A stretch of 64,000 nt of DNA from Cercozoa sp. M6MM (lineage: Eukaryota > Protista > Endomyxa: Ascetosporea), in the NCBI GenBank assembly GCA_040357565.1, contig JBDODJ010000001.1. One strand, written 5' to 3'. Below are positions 24,372-37,969 of this stretch, one piece after another. Below the pieces are notes generated by a model. It worked only from the letters and a program-made list of their open reading frames with translations. It was not told the origin of the DNA and did not search any database. Each line of letters starts with the position of its first letter. Within the stretch, counting starts at the first letter, position 1. A program made the translations under genes and the position numbers.

Positions 24372-27300
24372 TCACAGACCGGTGTGAATCTGCTCGGCCT
24401 CGACACCGCCAAGCGAGGGCAGCAAACGCGACATGTTACTGTAGACGGCGTCTTGTTGCCGCACGGCAAGCCACCTGGACGTCAGAGTATAAATAGTGAC
24501 TAAATAAGAAAGGCAGGGTGTTAGAAAGGACCAATACAGCACAAACACGATAACGAGCACGATGCAGAAGAACTCGCGATAACGCCGTTCCTGTCGGTCG
24601 CCTTTGAAGGCCTACGAACACGCTCACTGCAAGAAATACGTTGGACATGGATAAGTTAAGGGTACAGCCAGGGCTCGTGCAGCAAGGCGTAAGCGACGCA
24701 CACTCTTGGGCATCAATACCGGGTGACGTTGCAGCACGCGGCATCTGGCCTGTGTGCACTTGTGTATGAAAAGCACAAGCAGCACGGACACAAGGAAACG
24801 CGAAGTACGAGTGAAGTCTCGTCGAGTTGCGGAATCTGCGGAATGTTGGTCACACTCGGTGCCACATCGACTGGATCGACTGTTGAAACACAAATTATGC
24901 TTAAACAAACACACAACTTTCCAAAGTGTAGTATACTTCCAAGCTGCTCATACAGCACGTGTTCAATCTCCTGCGACTGCGTTGATTCCAAGTCGAACTG
25001 TTGCGCAACCTGCAGACAAAACTCACACTTACAAAAAAAAACAAACAAACGCAGCGTATGAAACATGAAAGTACAGGTGCATCATCGGGCGGCACAACCA
25101 CTCGCGTGTCCAGCAGTCGACTTGGAAGACGGTTCTCGCATGCTGAACGAACCAAGTCGTCTGGCTGTCGGCACACGCACACCACAGTAAATATACATTA
25201 GCAATACGGACAATGAGAAAGGTGCCTGTAAAACAGTACCAATAGACCAAGGAGTTGCCACGACAGTTGCGTCCACAAGGAGTGGCTGTTCTCACTACAC
25301 AACACAAACACACATCGAACAGTATGAGACAGATGCCAACCTGGGTAAGTGTACTCTGTGAGTGCACGACGTGCCACCGAGAGTGCCTCCTCGAAGGCGC
25401 TGCTCTGCGTTGCCAGCGGTCGCAGGAGCGGCACAAGGGTCTGCTGCGCCAGTTGTCGGCACTCTTCCTCCTCGTTGGGCAACAGAGGCTGCCAAAGAAT
25501 AGGTCGGGAGTATTAATCAATGGGCATTGTGCTACCTGATCCGGACATTCAACAATCTTGGCAGTGCATAAACCGTGCTGGTCTGCCTCGTGTCGCAGGC
25601 CACACACCTGTACAGTCAGAGGAGCAAACTAATGGATACCAACACATACCAACACACACAAACAGAAGGTACAACGACACGTCGCTCTGCGATCGAGTTA
25701 GTCCACACACGTCCGTCGGGCAACACTCCTGTGCAATGGGAGCAAGCTCAGACACCGATACTTTACTATGCAGTCAGAGGATACGCAAGTGGCGAATGCG
25801 GCACAACAGTCCAACGCCGACACTATCGCTTCGTGCCCACTGTACCCACACACACACCACAGTGTACAAGCACACGTTGGGTTGAGATGGACAAAGTGCT
25901 GCTACATTGGGCATCACGAGGAATTGCTGACTGTTGTCCATGGCCAGAGTGGCCAGCGATCGGTATCGACGCTCGTACAGGTGCAGCACAAAGGCGCGTC
26001 CGATGGCGAAAAAGTCTTCCGACAAAAAGACGCCAAAACGCTCCTCTTTCTTCAGTCGACGCACTGCAAAAAATATGAGTAGTTTTAATGAAGGTATCGA
26101 TACACAGAGGGTACAAAAGGGAGGTAAAGAAGTAAAGAAAGTGAAGAAGAGGATACCAGTGGACTGTTTGGCACGTCGCTCGTAGGCAGCGGCAAAGTGC
26201 GTCTCCAGCAGACTCAGCAGAACTGCGTTGGTGGCGTGTGTCAGCGCATCGATGCGACAGCGCGAGCGACATAGTGGACAACGCTTGCGACGCTGCAGTG
26301 CTCGGTGAATGCACTCTAATAGATAGCAAAGGTAAGGGAAGGTTAAAAACAATACAAGGCAAAGGGTGGTACCGCGACAGAAGGTGTGTCCACACGGCGT
26401 CGTGATCGGGTCGAACAGCAGGCCGAGACACAAGGAGCAGTTGAAGTCTTTGGCAGCTACCGTGGCTTTCATATCTTCCTCGTCTTCTTCTTCCGTGTCT
26501 TCGAGTGCCAGTCTGCTCAGTTTGAGGTGAGATTAAACATGCGAGGGTACAAGGCTGGGGTAGAATGGTAGAGTGCTACTTGGGCAAAGGCGTAAAGGGC
26601 GTAAGTGGCGAGTGAGCACCCGACATGCCAAATCCCTGAGACGGCACCGACGACGTTGCCGATGGTGGCACTGCGAGCATGTTGGCCGAACCGCTCTCTG
26701 AAGAACTCGATGACGACGTACTCGCCGTGCTGGGAGAGTCCACGCTCGGCGTCTCGGGCACGCGTGCCGACGAGGCGACGTCTTCCGGCGCACGCGAATT
26801 CTGATTGCGTTCTTCGGTTCGTCTGGCTACACAGAAAGTAATTTGTACAAATTAAGGTGCACGCAAGAGCAAAGTGCACCCCTGTCAGGCACTTGGAGTG
26901 ACGCGAGAGCCTTTGCATTCGCTCGGCGTCGCATTGGCGACTCTTGTCTCCTGCAAAAAAAGCAATAAGGTTATTCTCACCACACAGGCAAACTCACATG
27001 TGTGTGTGTGTGTGTGTGTGTGTATGTAGAATGCAAGTTACGCTGGTTCCATCAGAGAAGACACAGACGGCGCACATACGTTGACGTTGAACACACCAAG
27101 CGATGAAGAGCGACGGTGGTGGCGATTGCGCCGACCCGCCGACGATCCGCGTCGTGATTGCAGCATGCTCCTCTGCGGCACACGCACAGAATATCACTCA
27201 CTTGCCCTCAAATACACTGTTAGTGTGCAAAAGTGCAGTGTGCCGCCAGAAACCGTGCAACCACAAGCCGACCAGAGGCGATTTGCGAGCAAACAAGCGA

Positions 27301-27445
27301 ATGGTACCTGTGAATCGAATGTTGGACTCGAGGGGGACGATATGCTTGAGGAGGAGCTCGATCCGCTCACTGACGCGGTGCCTTCGATTTCGACATCTGC
27401 GTCCGGTGTTGCCACAGATAAACCGGGCGGCGGCAGGGCTGACAT
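24372..27445 (-). CDS. LON peptidase N-terminal domain and RING finger protein (LONRF-like)
   Basis: RING CSLCLGLLFDPITTPCGHTFC..CI..CPLCR is followed by a Lon substrate-binding domain (GVFLS..LHLYERRYRSL..VGLLCRI) ending ..RRLRLAARAL. Ends are approximate. Confidence 0.8.
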
Positions 27446-28111
27446 TCCTCGCCCCAGGAAGCGTCAGTCTGCGCGAAAGGTACCCAAATCTCAGAATCCG
27501 TTTTCCACGCACGTGAGACTCAAAATCGCGGAATACCAGTGTCAGCGAACCACCGGCGTTGCTGCGGTTTACAGAGCACACAGCGAGAAAACTTGGCGGT
27601 TTTGTTATGATTTTTAGATTTTGTTTGTCCGATCAGCAAATTTGAAATAAACAGTGACTCGGAAAAAACGCGGCGCAAGGCGCCGTTTCAACAGCACTGC
27701 ACAACTTAAAAAAAATGTGCAATACGTGTTGAATTACAGCAAGATGCGGTCCCAGTCAGCGATCGATCATCTTTTTTCCAGAACGGGTTGACTTTGGCAG
27801 TCCGAAGTGATCCGATGATCGCAAGAAGTGCTCTACAGCCGTGATCATGTTACAAGAAGTAGTTGTTCTTGGCAGGTTGTTCTTGTACTATCGACACTGA
27901 TTACTGCTTTACAATAGGTTTGGCTAGTGTACAACAACAACTGTCAACCGGCAGCCGGTCAAAGCGGGACGATTCAAAATACGCCGATTTCAAAGGCTTC
28001 ATCTTCAACGAGAGACCCCAACCGCTCCAGGCGACTTCTCGCGAGCTCGCGGCTATGAAAACCCAACTTCTTGACCTAACTTAAATGATACATTAAACCT
28101 TGGTTTGTCAC

Positions 28112-30949
28112 TTACCGTCCCGAGTTGTCTTCGATCACAGTTTCCTCGGAGATCATGCGTGGGATACGGGACAGTATCATGTCAAGAATTTTGCGCATTT
28201 CAGGCGGCAGTGAGTGGATGGTATTCCTCACGATAAGTTGCAGTATTTCGTACTCTGCTTCGTCGAATGCACTCGCTGCCATGGTTCGATCGTACGAGAA
28301 CGACGCTCGCATTTGTGACTGCAATTCCTGCGTCATCTTCGCATCGAGGTTCACCGCATTCGAGGCGTCTGGTGCCAAGTAGTGGTCGAAAATCAGGCGT
28401 GCCAGAGCCTGTGCACGTCGGTACCGCCGAGTTAGCATGAGGCGCCGCCACTCTTCGCAGTGTGTCCAGAACGCCAGGTTCTCTTGACTGAAAATCTTCA
28501 CGAGTGCGTCAGACACAAACTCTCGTGCCACCGGCTATAGCGAGCGCATGGAGTAGACATGAACATAGGCGTATGCAAAATAGTTGGTACCGACATCAAG
28601 TATTTCTTCATGTACTGCGCTGGCGTCCACAAGTGCGCTTCACGTGCGACATCTTCAACGTCTGCTTCAGCACTAGCGAGGAGTTCGCGAGTAGACACCT
28701 GAGAGCGCAGCACCGACATCCGCTGGGCGCGTGAGTGACGGTCGTGAATCAACTCTCGGAAGGGGGTAAGCAAGTGCGCCATCAGGATGAATACAAAGTC
28801 ATGCGGGAATCCAGGCCTGGCGAAGATGGAATACATGGAAATACAGGGGAATAAGGGGTGAAATATGCCGATGTGGTGCTATGTGTGGAATGTTGACGAT
28901 ACCTGCAAAACCCGATGATGTCCATCTCTGCTTGCTGCATTCGAGACAGTACGCGAATGCGTCTCTCAAAAATCGCAGTGTTTCGCTTCAGTCGATCGTT
29001 GTTGCGCTCAACGCAACTGTCAAGCTCATTGCGCGCCTCTTTGGTATGGTGCAAACTCGCACCACACATGCCAAAGCAGACGGCACACGCAGTGATCGCA
29101 AAGACTACCCCAAGCACATCCGACTCGAACCGTATCCCGCCGAGAGTATCCTCGGATGGGGTCGTCAAGAACGAAAAGGTTTCGATCAACACTGCTTTCT
29201 CCCCTACGCGCCCAATCGCCAGCAGCACCGACAACACGAAACGTGTCCACACCGAAGTTGGAGCATATGCCATAGAGAGCCAGATCGACACAGGCACCGT
29301 GATTGCAGTGTACACGCACAAAGCAATCAGCTGCCCAACCTCGAACTGTTTGTTGCAGTTGACACACGACACACTGGCGATCGTCAGAAAGTTGATTCCG
29401 AGGGTGACAGCAGCACTTGCACCTCCGATAAGCAAAACGCTTTTTGACTTGAAGAAAACCTTCCACGGGATTTGTCGCAGTGCATGCGCGAGGTTGTAAG
29501 CACTCAGTTCTTTGTCTCCTTCGACAACCGACGACCGTGCACCCCGTTTGTTCAGCCGTTGAACAATCTCCTGCACTTGTGGCGACTGTTCGTCGACGTC
29601 ATGCTCTGACTCATCGCTTGAGTCTTCTTCGCTTATCGGACGCTGTGGCGATTCAATCCTTGGTTTTGTCATGAGACGCTTCAGCGACTCGCTGACTTTT
29701 GTCATCGCAATGATAAACCTGCTCCAATTGCAACCAAACCAACGATTGAAACCTGATTGCTGGTAAGAACAAATAGAATAGACGTACAAAGGTATGTAAA
29801 AGACGATTGCTGCGGCCGAACACGCCACCAGAACCGCATTGAAGGCTATGCGCAGGTCCAAAGCGGCTTCGGCCACATCATCTGACACAGACACCTCGAT
29901 GGTGTCTATCACAATGACGCTTGCTGTCCAATCGCAAACGAAACCAAAAGCAATTGCGCCGAGAACAAGCCACATGCGAGCGTCTCTCGTAGTTTGCGAC
30001 GATTCGTATGCTCGAGTTGTTCGACGCTCGATCTCTGTGAAGAAGGCTTGCTCAAACTATAAATAAATTTTCTATCGTCCCACGATAAGTGTAAGCTGTG
30101 ATGTCTGCATGGCACAAAGGTGAGTCACCTGAATGAAGAGCGTCCAAAAGCCTACACAAGATACTGCGAAGGCCAGCGGCCACAGTGTCGTGTCGACTTT
30201 TCTCTCCGTCTTTTGCCTAAAAACGCTTGAATTAAAGCAGCCAAAAGCATGCAGTGAAGCCGGTAGATATACCCGTATTTGATTTCCTTTGTGCATACAA
30301 TTGATGTGCCAGACCACAGCCCTGAAGGCAGACACACTCGAACTACCGAACCTTCAGTTTGCGCATACCCCACGTCACACTCCCAGACCTAATTTTTACA
30401 CTAACGCCATGGAACGAAGCGCAAACATTGGTATTGATATCCTACGAGCCAACATACACAGCGAGACCCAACGAGGGCGAAGTCGGTGCAACGCTGAGAT
30501 GCCTCTGCAACGATCAACGCGTGTGCAGGAGCGACAGGGACTTCTACACAGCTTCGATCGAAAGGGATTTTGTTTGCAGCGAATCGTATATCCAATTCGG
30601 TCAGATCCGAAATGGCGCGGACGTTCATCTTTTTCAAATCCCCCAAGCTCATGAAGAGTGTTCTCCTGCTCATGCCCAAGGTATCGATTGTTAATATTGT
30701 ATCAAAGCGCGTAATCATAAACTTCAGAGACAACTTTGGTTACTGTAAACCAGGTTCCATACTCTCCGTGTGCTCTGGGCCAAGAAGCTGAGCGATCTGC
30801 AATCCCTGCACACATAAGGCGAATTAAAAGCAAACCAAAAATTTATAAATTTTACATCAGTGGGCATGTATCCGCTGTGATGCTCGGTAAAGTTAATCGT
30901 CCGTATGACTCCGTCGATTATCAAAGAACTCAAGGCGCCTAGTTTAGGT

Positions 30950-30999
<50 letters not shown>

Positions 31000-31009
31000 N
31001 NNNNNNNNN

Positions 31010-31059
<50 letters not shown>

Positions 31060-32476
31060 TACCTGCAATATCGTCTCCCTGGAATGGATCGGACGCATTC
31101 ATCTCCAAAGTAATGTTCATGGCATGAAGTAAAGCCCAGCAACTGTCAAAGGCGTCCCAAACTCGATACTGCTGGTTGTACTGTAACTCCAGTGTTGCGT
31201 CCTCAACCTTTGTTCTCAGGTTATGAAGGACAGTTTTCGCAAAGTCAGATGTCACTCCTTGCTTTGGGGAGATCGTCAGTGACATCTCGGAGGGTTTCAC
31301 GAGTTCCAGTATGCTACTCGCGAACCCAAACAGAGGCGCAAGTTGTTCGATGCCTTCTGCCACAGTGGGTTCGAGAATGTACTGGTATCCTTCCCCGGTC
31401 ATGTTTAAGGTCTCGGCTGCTCTGTTAATATACCACAGGGGGACTGTTGAGTCGGTCAGAAGATTTGTTCAACAAACATACTTCATCAAACACGGTGTTG
31501 ATCTCCACCCGAAAGAGATAAAAATACGCGCATCCAGTTCCTTCAAACGTTTCATTGCTTGAATACACGCCAAAAGATCCGACAGGATCAACGCCTCTGT
31601 TGGAGCCATTGTCTGTGTTCCCACTACAGTGATGTTCGAGCTTTCGGCCAGGAGAGCAAACCTCGACATCGTTCCGACGACGGTAGTGTCGCCCAGCAAA
31701 GCGACCCGACGCCAGTCGAATACTTGGACAAGGTCTCGTAAACCTGTCAGTATCGTGTCTGCAAGCATTTTCCAAAATAGAACAATAATAACAGCGCCCC
31801 TGTAAGTGACGTATGACCAATATCGGCGAAATTTGAGTAGTAGTGCGAGTAATCTTGGACATTCGCGAGCGTGTCCGAAGTTGCATAGTGAGAAATTGAT
31901 GGGATGCGAGCTTCACTCAAAATCAAAGCCACCGCTTCAATCGTGGCGAGGTAGGAATTGCCTGCAATGACCGCTGAAATGTCAGGCGGAGGTGCTGCAA
32001 TCTGAGAGGCCACATCGGTATCGGTGATGTTCTTTCCCAGCCAGGCAAATGTAGCCTGGAGTCCTTTGGAAAACCTGCATCAAAAGCCTTGCAAGGCAAG
32101 ACCTTTTGACATTAAGAGAAATAACTTACGTGTCAAATGTAGTTGCGTCGTAGATTTCGACTTCATCGAGTTGTACTCTCCACCCTGGCAATAGTTTGCT
32201 CGACCAATCTTCGCCCAAGTACCCTCGAGTTGAGGGAGGGTCATTCGCCATCTCAATGCACAGCTGCACGGCTTGTCTCTGCAAAGGTCCGTCGAATCCG
32301 GACAGCGGATCACTTAGTCCTTCGAACAAATTAAAATGCAAAGTGCAAGGCCAAGACATCAAAAGAGACGCAGACTTACGTGTGAGGTATCCAATGCGAA
32401 CATCTTGCTGTGCGTTGACGTGTTCGAAAGCACGGAAGCACAGAAACTGTAAATTTACAACCCTCCAGATGAGCAT
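28112..32476 (-). CDS. Receptor-like protein: Venus-flytrap (PBP1/ANF-receptor) ectodomain + multi-TM MHYT-like module + coiled coil + RGS domain
   Basis: VFT: DVRIGYL..AVQLCIEMAN..ISAVIAG..IPSISHYATSDTLA..LVQVFDWRRVALL..LKELDARIFI..MTGEGYQYI..VWDA. TM region at about 29040-30190. RGS: MKKYLMSPVAREFV..FSQENLAFW..ARLIFDHYLAPDASNAVNLD..FDEAEYEILQLI. Start approximate. Confidence 0.7.
30953..31057 (+). repeat. (GT)n microsatellite with gap, intronic
   Basis: Directly visible. Confidence 0.95.
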
Positions 32477-32885
32477 TAAGCACTTGAAGTAGATTGTGAG
32501 CCCTGGGTTTGCTCACATGGTTGCGTTCTCAGTTTAGTCACTTCCTTGCAGCACGTTCCGCGCGGATGTCAGAATGGTATGTATACTGGGTGATGCCAAC
32601 AAAGCAGCGATTATCAAAAACCAATGAATATCTCGATATCCGATGACTACCTTTGCCACCACACGTTTTACTATTCCGACATGTACCATCTCAGCTGTAG
32701 TTGTCCTACTTGCAAACTCACGCACAGGAAATCTCCAGTCGTCTGGGAAACTGCATGCCGATTTGTCTGTCAGTTTCTGTAGACCCATCAATAATCTGTG
32801 CACGATTTCTTAAAGTAAAACGTGTGCCTGCATGTGCATGTACTGAATAATCGTGTTTCCAGTTGTAGATACGCCTTAAGGAGCC

Positions 32886-34180
32886 ATGCTGGGAACACTT
32901 TCGTTCTTTCTGTTGGCGTTTTTGTTCGTGCCTGCAACCATCGGTGTGTTTCTTTCTGTTAGTCCACTTTCTGACTGCAAAACGTACATTTTGTGCTCGG
33001 CAGGCTTTGTGTACGAGCAGCTGAGTAATGCTCAGCGGCGAAGACGGCGACGGCACCGCGAAATGGTGGAGGTAATGTGTCTTGTCTTTTCATTATTGGT
33101 ATGACATGTGCGCGCGCTGAGTTGCACAGAGCGAAGCTGAGTCGCCAGAGCCGTTGGACGTTTTTGCACGAGCAGGCGCAGAGAAACGCGAGCAACGGCG
33201 CTTGAGATCGCTGCAAAGAATGCACGGCATGACGCAAGGAGATTCTCCGCCGCAGGAACATCTGACACCGAAACTGACATCGAAAATGACGCCGTCCCTG
33301 CGAAAAAGCGATTCGCTGGCGCAACTTTCGTTGGCGGAGAATGCGCCAACGGTGCCGAAACCTCCAACTCTCAAAATTGCACGAAGAGACTCGAATCCGA
33401 TCAAAGCCACTCAAAAGCAACCAAACACTGTCAAAAACAACACGGCGAAACACTCAAAACCTCCGGTTTTTTCTGTCAGCGCGGAGGCGCCAAAAACAAC
33501 ACAAGCTGTCGTTTCTCGTGCGAAAACATCGAAAGCAACAAACGCGGTTTTGCAGCCGGTCCCTGTCTCCTCGCAAGCCGTGTCAGCTTTGTCAACATAT
33601 GAGTACATTCTGTTTATATGTATGTGCTGTGTCTGCTTGATTTTCCTGCTTGATTTTAGCGAATTGGCGCACGAAACAACGCTAGTGGAGTCGCCAGCGC
33701 GACTGCGCCAACTGAACGAGCGTGTTGAGACACTAAGTGAGTGTGGCCAACTGAGGGATTTCGAATGTGACCTTCTGCGCCACAAGATGGCGATTCGCAA
33801 GAGCAGCATCGACTCTTGCGACACCGAAATCATCAAAGACGACGATGAGAACGTAGTTCTGCCACTGAAGAGTATTTCTCCTTGTCTCTGAGCGCATGGC
33901 GTGTGTTTAAAGGCACTCAAAAGCGAAGAAGACGACGAAGCGCCGAGTTTCGCTCCAAGCGACGAGTTGCCGCCATTGCCGCCTGCGACAGAAGAAATCA
34001 CTTCCGCTCGCACTCGAAGTGACACAGCGAGTGCGGCTGGTATGTCTCTCGCTTCTTTGTGTCTTTGTGTTCGACATCTTTTTGTGTGTGTTGATCATAG
34101 ACAGCAACACGTCAGTGAGAAGTGACATCAGGGCACGCATCCGGCAACGCATGCAAAACAGAAGAATCGCCACCATGTAG
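32886..34180 (+). CDS. Uncharacterised protein with an N-terminal hydrophobic segment and a low-complexity body
   Basis: MLGTLSFFLLAFLFVPATIG start, chained exons including ORF 33154-33891, and an end at ..IRARIRQRMQNRRIATM*. Confidence 0.55.
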
Positions 34181-34385
34181 ATTCTGCCTCGTACGGTACC
34201 TCGTCTTCCGTTCGTTCGGACAGCCGGCATTAATTAAATTAAATTCAATTACGTCCACCGTACTGCTGCTGACTGTCACGCGACGTACCGTACTTCGTCG
34301 ATCGGATGTGGCTTGACCGTATCCAATCAAGTAGCGCATCCGATCGCAAGGAACGGACGGGAAACAAACGAAAGAAACGCGGCAA

Positions 34386-35675
34386 TCAATCGACAGAGTC
34401 GCCGTCACGCTGAAGTGGGGTAGGTAGTACGAGCGTCACGTAGAGGAAGCCGTCAGCAGCAGGCATGTGCGCGTGCAGCCACTGCAGCGGTGTCTCAGGG
34501 GCCACAGTGATTCCGTTGACACGGAAGGTGCCCTCTCTGTCACCCTACACAACCGGCGTGTGCGAGTGATATAGACATGAGTTATATAGAGACCGTACAA
34601 ACAGTTCGGCAGCAGTCTGCTGCAGCGTGCGCTCGTCACACTCGAGTGGCCGCTGGATGTACCGCTGCAGTGGCGGCTTGCCCGGCGTGGCCACAAAGAA
34701 ACGCACCGGCACTCGTAGTGGCGGCAAGTTCGAATCGCGCGCAATCGTCTCTGCTCAGTCGGTTCAAGCCAATCAGTTCAAAGGCAGTCAGTTCAAAGGC
34801 AGTCAGTTCGAAGCCAGGGAGATCTGCGAGAGCAGAAAAGAGAGTACCCGAGCGCGACATGGTGACGAAAGCCTCGCTGTAACTCGCCTGTCGCAGGCCA
34901 TCCCACAGGCGACTCTGTTCCTCGGCACTCAGCACGAGTGCTGGCTTGCCACTGCCGTACCGCAGGTACGTCGACTGCTTGAAGGTCTCAAAGAAGCTCT
35001 TCTGCGAGAGAAATATCGTATAAAGCAAGCCACAACATGAGGGGTCAAAACCTACCTGCGCATCTGTTCCATTTCGCAGACTGAAAGGCAGTGCGCCGTC
35101 TGGCTGGTTCTGCAGAAATTGCTCTCGTTTGAACTCGTGAGTTAAAGGCGAGCATCACTACCTTGAAGTGAACAATGATATGCCAGGGCCGTCTTTTGGT
35201 TTCAAACTGCACAAATGCATGAACACATGTGAACACACACAAGAGCTTCGTGTCACATACAGCTAGATCGTCGTGTTCCTCCTGGTCACTGTAGTCAATG
35301 AGGTCCTTGACATGACCACATGGCCAGTCACTGCACAAATACGGCGTTATGACAGACCACAGTGACACGTGCCAAGTGACCACAAAAGCACCTGCGCAGC
35401 GGCTTCAGTGTCAGGGCATCCTCGAACCAGATACTCAGACTGCTGTTGAACACTGTCGTCCTGTGCACAGAACACAAGGAGGCTACAACGGCAGAAACCG
35501 CTTTGATACTGGAAAGTTTACGAATTTGAGAAGTGCGACCGAACAACGTCAGCCAAGGAACTCTACAGAACAGAAGCAATCGCACAGACAGGTCACAGCA
35601 CACCAGCATGTGTACCAAGGGAGCGCCACGCATCACTTGTTTCAGCAAAGGCGCGGGAGCTTGCATTGTAGTCAC
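34386..35675 (-). CDS. ATG5: Autophagy protein Atg5
   Basis: IWFE..PLR.DWPCG..DL, PWHIIVHF, FFETFKQSTYLRYGS, LSAEEQSRLWDGL, VPVRFF, VNGITVAPETPLQWLHAHMPAADGFLYV. Confidence 0.9.
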
Positions 35676-36095
35676 TTCACCAGGCGACTACAGTGAACGT
35701 GTGAAAGCTTCGCCCCCGGTAAAAAGTCCAACGCACCAGTGTGATCAGAACACTTAGCAGGCCGCCAAACGAGTCGCGGAAAATCACCTCATCTCGCTCC
35801 ATTGCGCTTGTAAGGCACTATGCGCAGCACTTATAATATTAGCACAGCCTGGCACCCTACGAATACTGTACCCGTACACCTAAATGTAAAAGAGCAACAA
35901 TCATTGTTGTTAAAAAAAAAAGCACTGCATGCTCGGGGCGGCATTGTGTACAGTAAAGGTTGTAAAAGTGTTTACTGGACGTATGAGAACATGAAATGAC
36001 CAAGAGAATCAAATGGTCGCTTGCGACTTGACACGATCAAACAAGCACGTTCGGGCGCCACTTTTTGATTAGTGTGTTGTTGCCGTTGCTACGCT

Positions 36096-37871
36096 ATGAA
36101 TCGAACAATGGAGAGCCTAGACGAACCTCGTTCGGACGCGGGTGTGAATGAAATGCCGCCTAACGCGAGCGAGCAAAACTCAAATTGCAACTTCAGCACG
36201 CCGCATGGCATGCACCTGCGTGCGCATATGCACCTTGGTGCGAGTGAGCAAAGCTGCAGCTCACTCGGCGGCCTCAACACGCGATTGCAGACGCTTCGAT
36301 CGCGCATCCTTGCCGAAGAGTCGCTGTCTCAGGAATATCGGGACGCAGCAAATGAGCTGCGATACGCACTCGAGGAACACCGGCAGAAGATCTTCTCTCT
36401 TCGCAACTACATTGTGGCTTTACTCTCTTGCTTTCCTCTCCGTGTTTCTTCGAGTTTGCACCGCAACAAATAAAGCTTGTTTCTTGAGCAGACAGAGCAG
36501 GAGCAAGAAACTCGCCGCTTTCGGGCCGAGATGAGCGAGACCGTAGCGGAGAAAGCAAAGTACGACGCGCGAATTCATTCTTGTGAGTCTCCCTTTCTTT
36601 TTTCTCCGTTCTGTCCTTCAAAGACATAGTGTTATTTCAACACTTCCTTGCAGACGATACGAAGCGCGAGGTGTGGCAGCAAGGGGCACTGCTCGCGCAC
36701 ACCAAGTTCGACGCGACGTCGTGGAAGCTCCTGCGAACGAAACTGGAGACTGCTATGGCATTCCGAAAGATGACAATGACGACGCTTCGACACACGTCGC
36801 TCGTTGCAACTGAGGACGAAACACACAACGCTTTGGAACATGAGGTGCTCCTCAAGCAACTCAACGGAAGCTCGATGCGATTGCGACCCGACTCTGAAAT
36901 GTACGAAGACACAATGAAGGTACTCTCTGCACACGTTCTCTTAATATTAGACCAACGTTTATCTAGCAAGCGAAACAACTCGGTATCTCCGAGAGCAAGT
37001 GCTGGAAGCTCATGGCCGAAGGTAGTCAAGCAGTGTTCGAACATGCTCCGCGCGGACAGGTCGCTGCTTCGACGTCGCCGGACCAGTCACCGCTGCCTCC
37101 TTTGCGCATCCTGTCGCGTGTGCACGGACACACTGCAACTCAAGGTATGCTCACTCTCACATTTTGCATCTGTTCTCGTCACATTCTGTTATGTGATGCT
37201 AGATGAGTCGCAGATCGGCGGCGAAACCACGCGTGCCATGCTGGCAGCGTTGCAGTCACTGCGTTCGAACGAACAGCCAGCTGCTGTTCCCAGAACTGAC
37301 GAACGCGATGTGTACCTGCGCTTCAATTCCGACATCACCGACGAAGTGTTAAAGTACCTTTCAATTTATCTGTTTTTGTTCCTTTACCTCTCCCTCTCCT
37401 CGCCAGGGAAGTCGCAATGCGGCAGAAGATGCCATCGGTGATGCGCTCGTTTTTGGAAGAATGTCGTCGCGGCAACTTTGACGCCTCGCCAAAGTTCTGC
37501 AAGCCATGTCGCTTGATTGCACTGCTGTACTTTGGTCGGCAGCAGGTGCAGTTTGAACCTACTCAAGACGAGCTTCGGCACAACGAGATCGCTGACGCCA
37601 AGGAACTGAGTCCTCGTCAAAAGACGGAACGTGTCATGCGCATCTTCCGCTCGGTAAACTCAGTTCTGGCTGCCTCTAACAGTTCACACTGTCCCTTTCT
37701 GTGCATTTGCAGGTCATACAAGATGCCTCCTTCGCACTGTTGCAAGATAAACACGAGGACCGACTGGATCAGGTCACTATCGTGAGCGACATGACAACTT
37801 TGCCTCCGCGCACAGAGCCAACTACTGAGCAGGACCCTGAACTCATCGAGAACTTCAATCTTTCGCAATGA
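36096..37871 (+). CDS. Uncharacterised protein (coiled-coil segments)
   Basis: Successive + strand exons with GT-AG introns from MNRTMESL.. to ..ELIENFNLSQ*. No recognisable motif. Confidence 0.55.
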
Positions 37872-37969
37872 ACTACCCCTAACTTCGTTAATCTTGAATG
37901 TTGACTGCTGTGATTTTTTAGTAGTTAGATTGAATAGATTTAATAAACTCAGTATATATATAAACTGAA

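Noticed and set aside
27081-27617. 178-aa + strand ORF
   Set aside because: Antisense shadow of the LONRF 5' exons.
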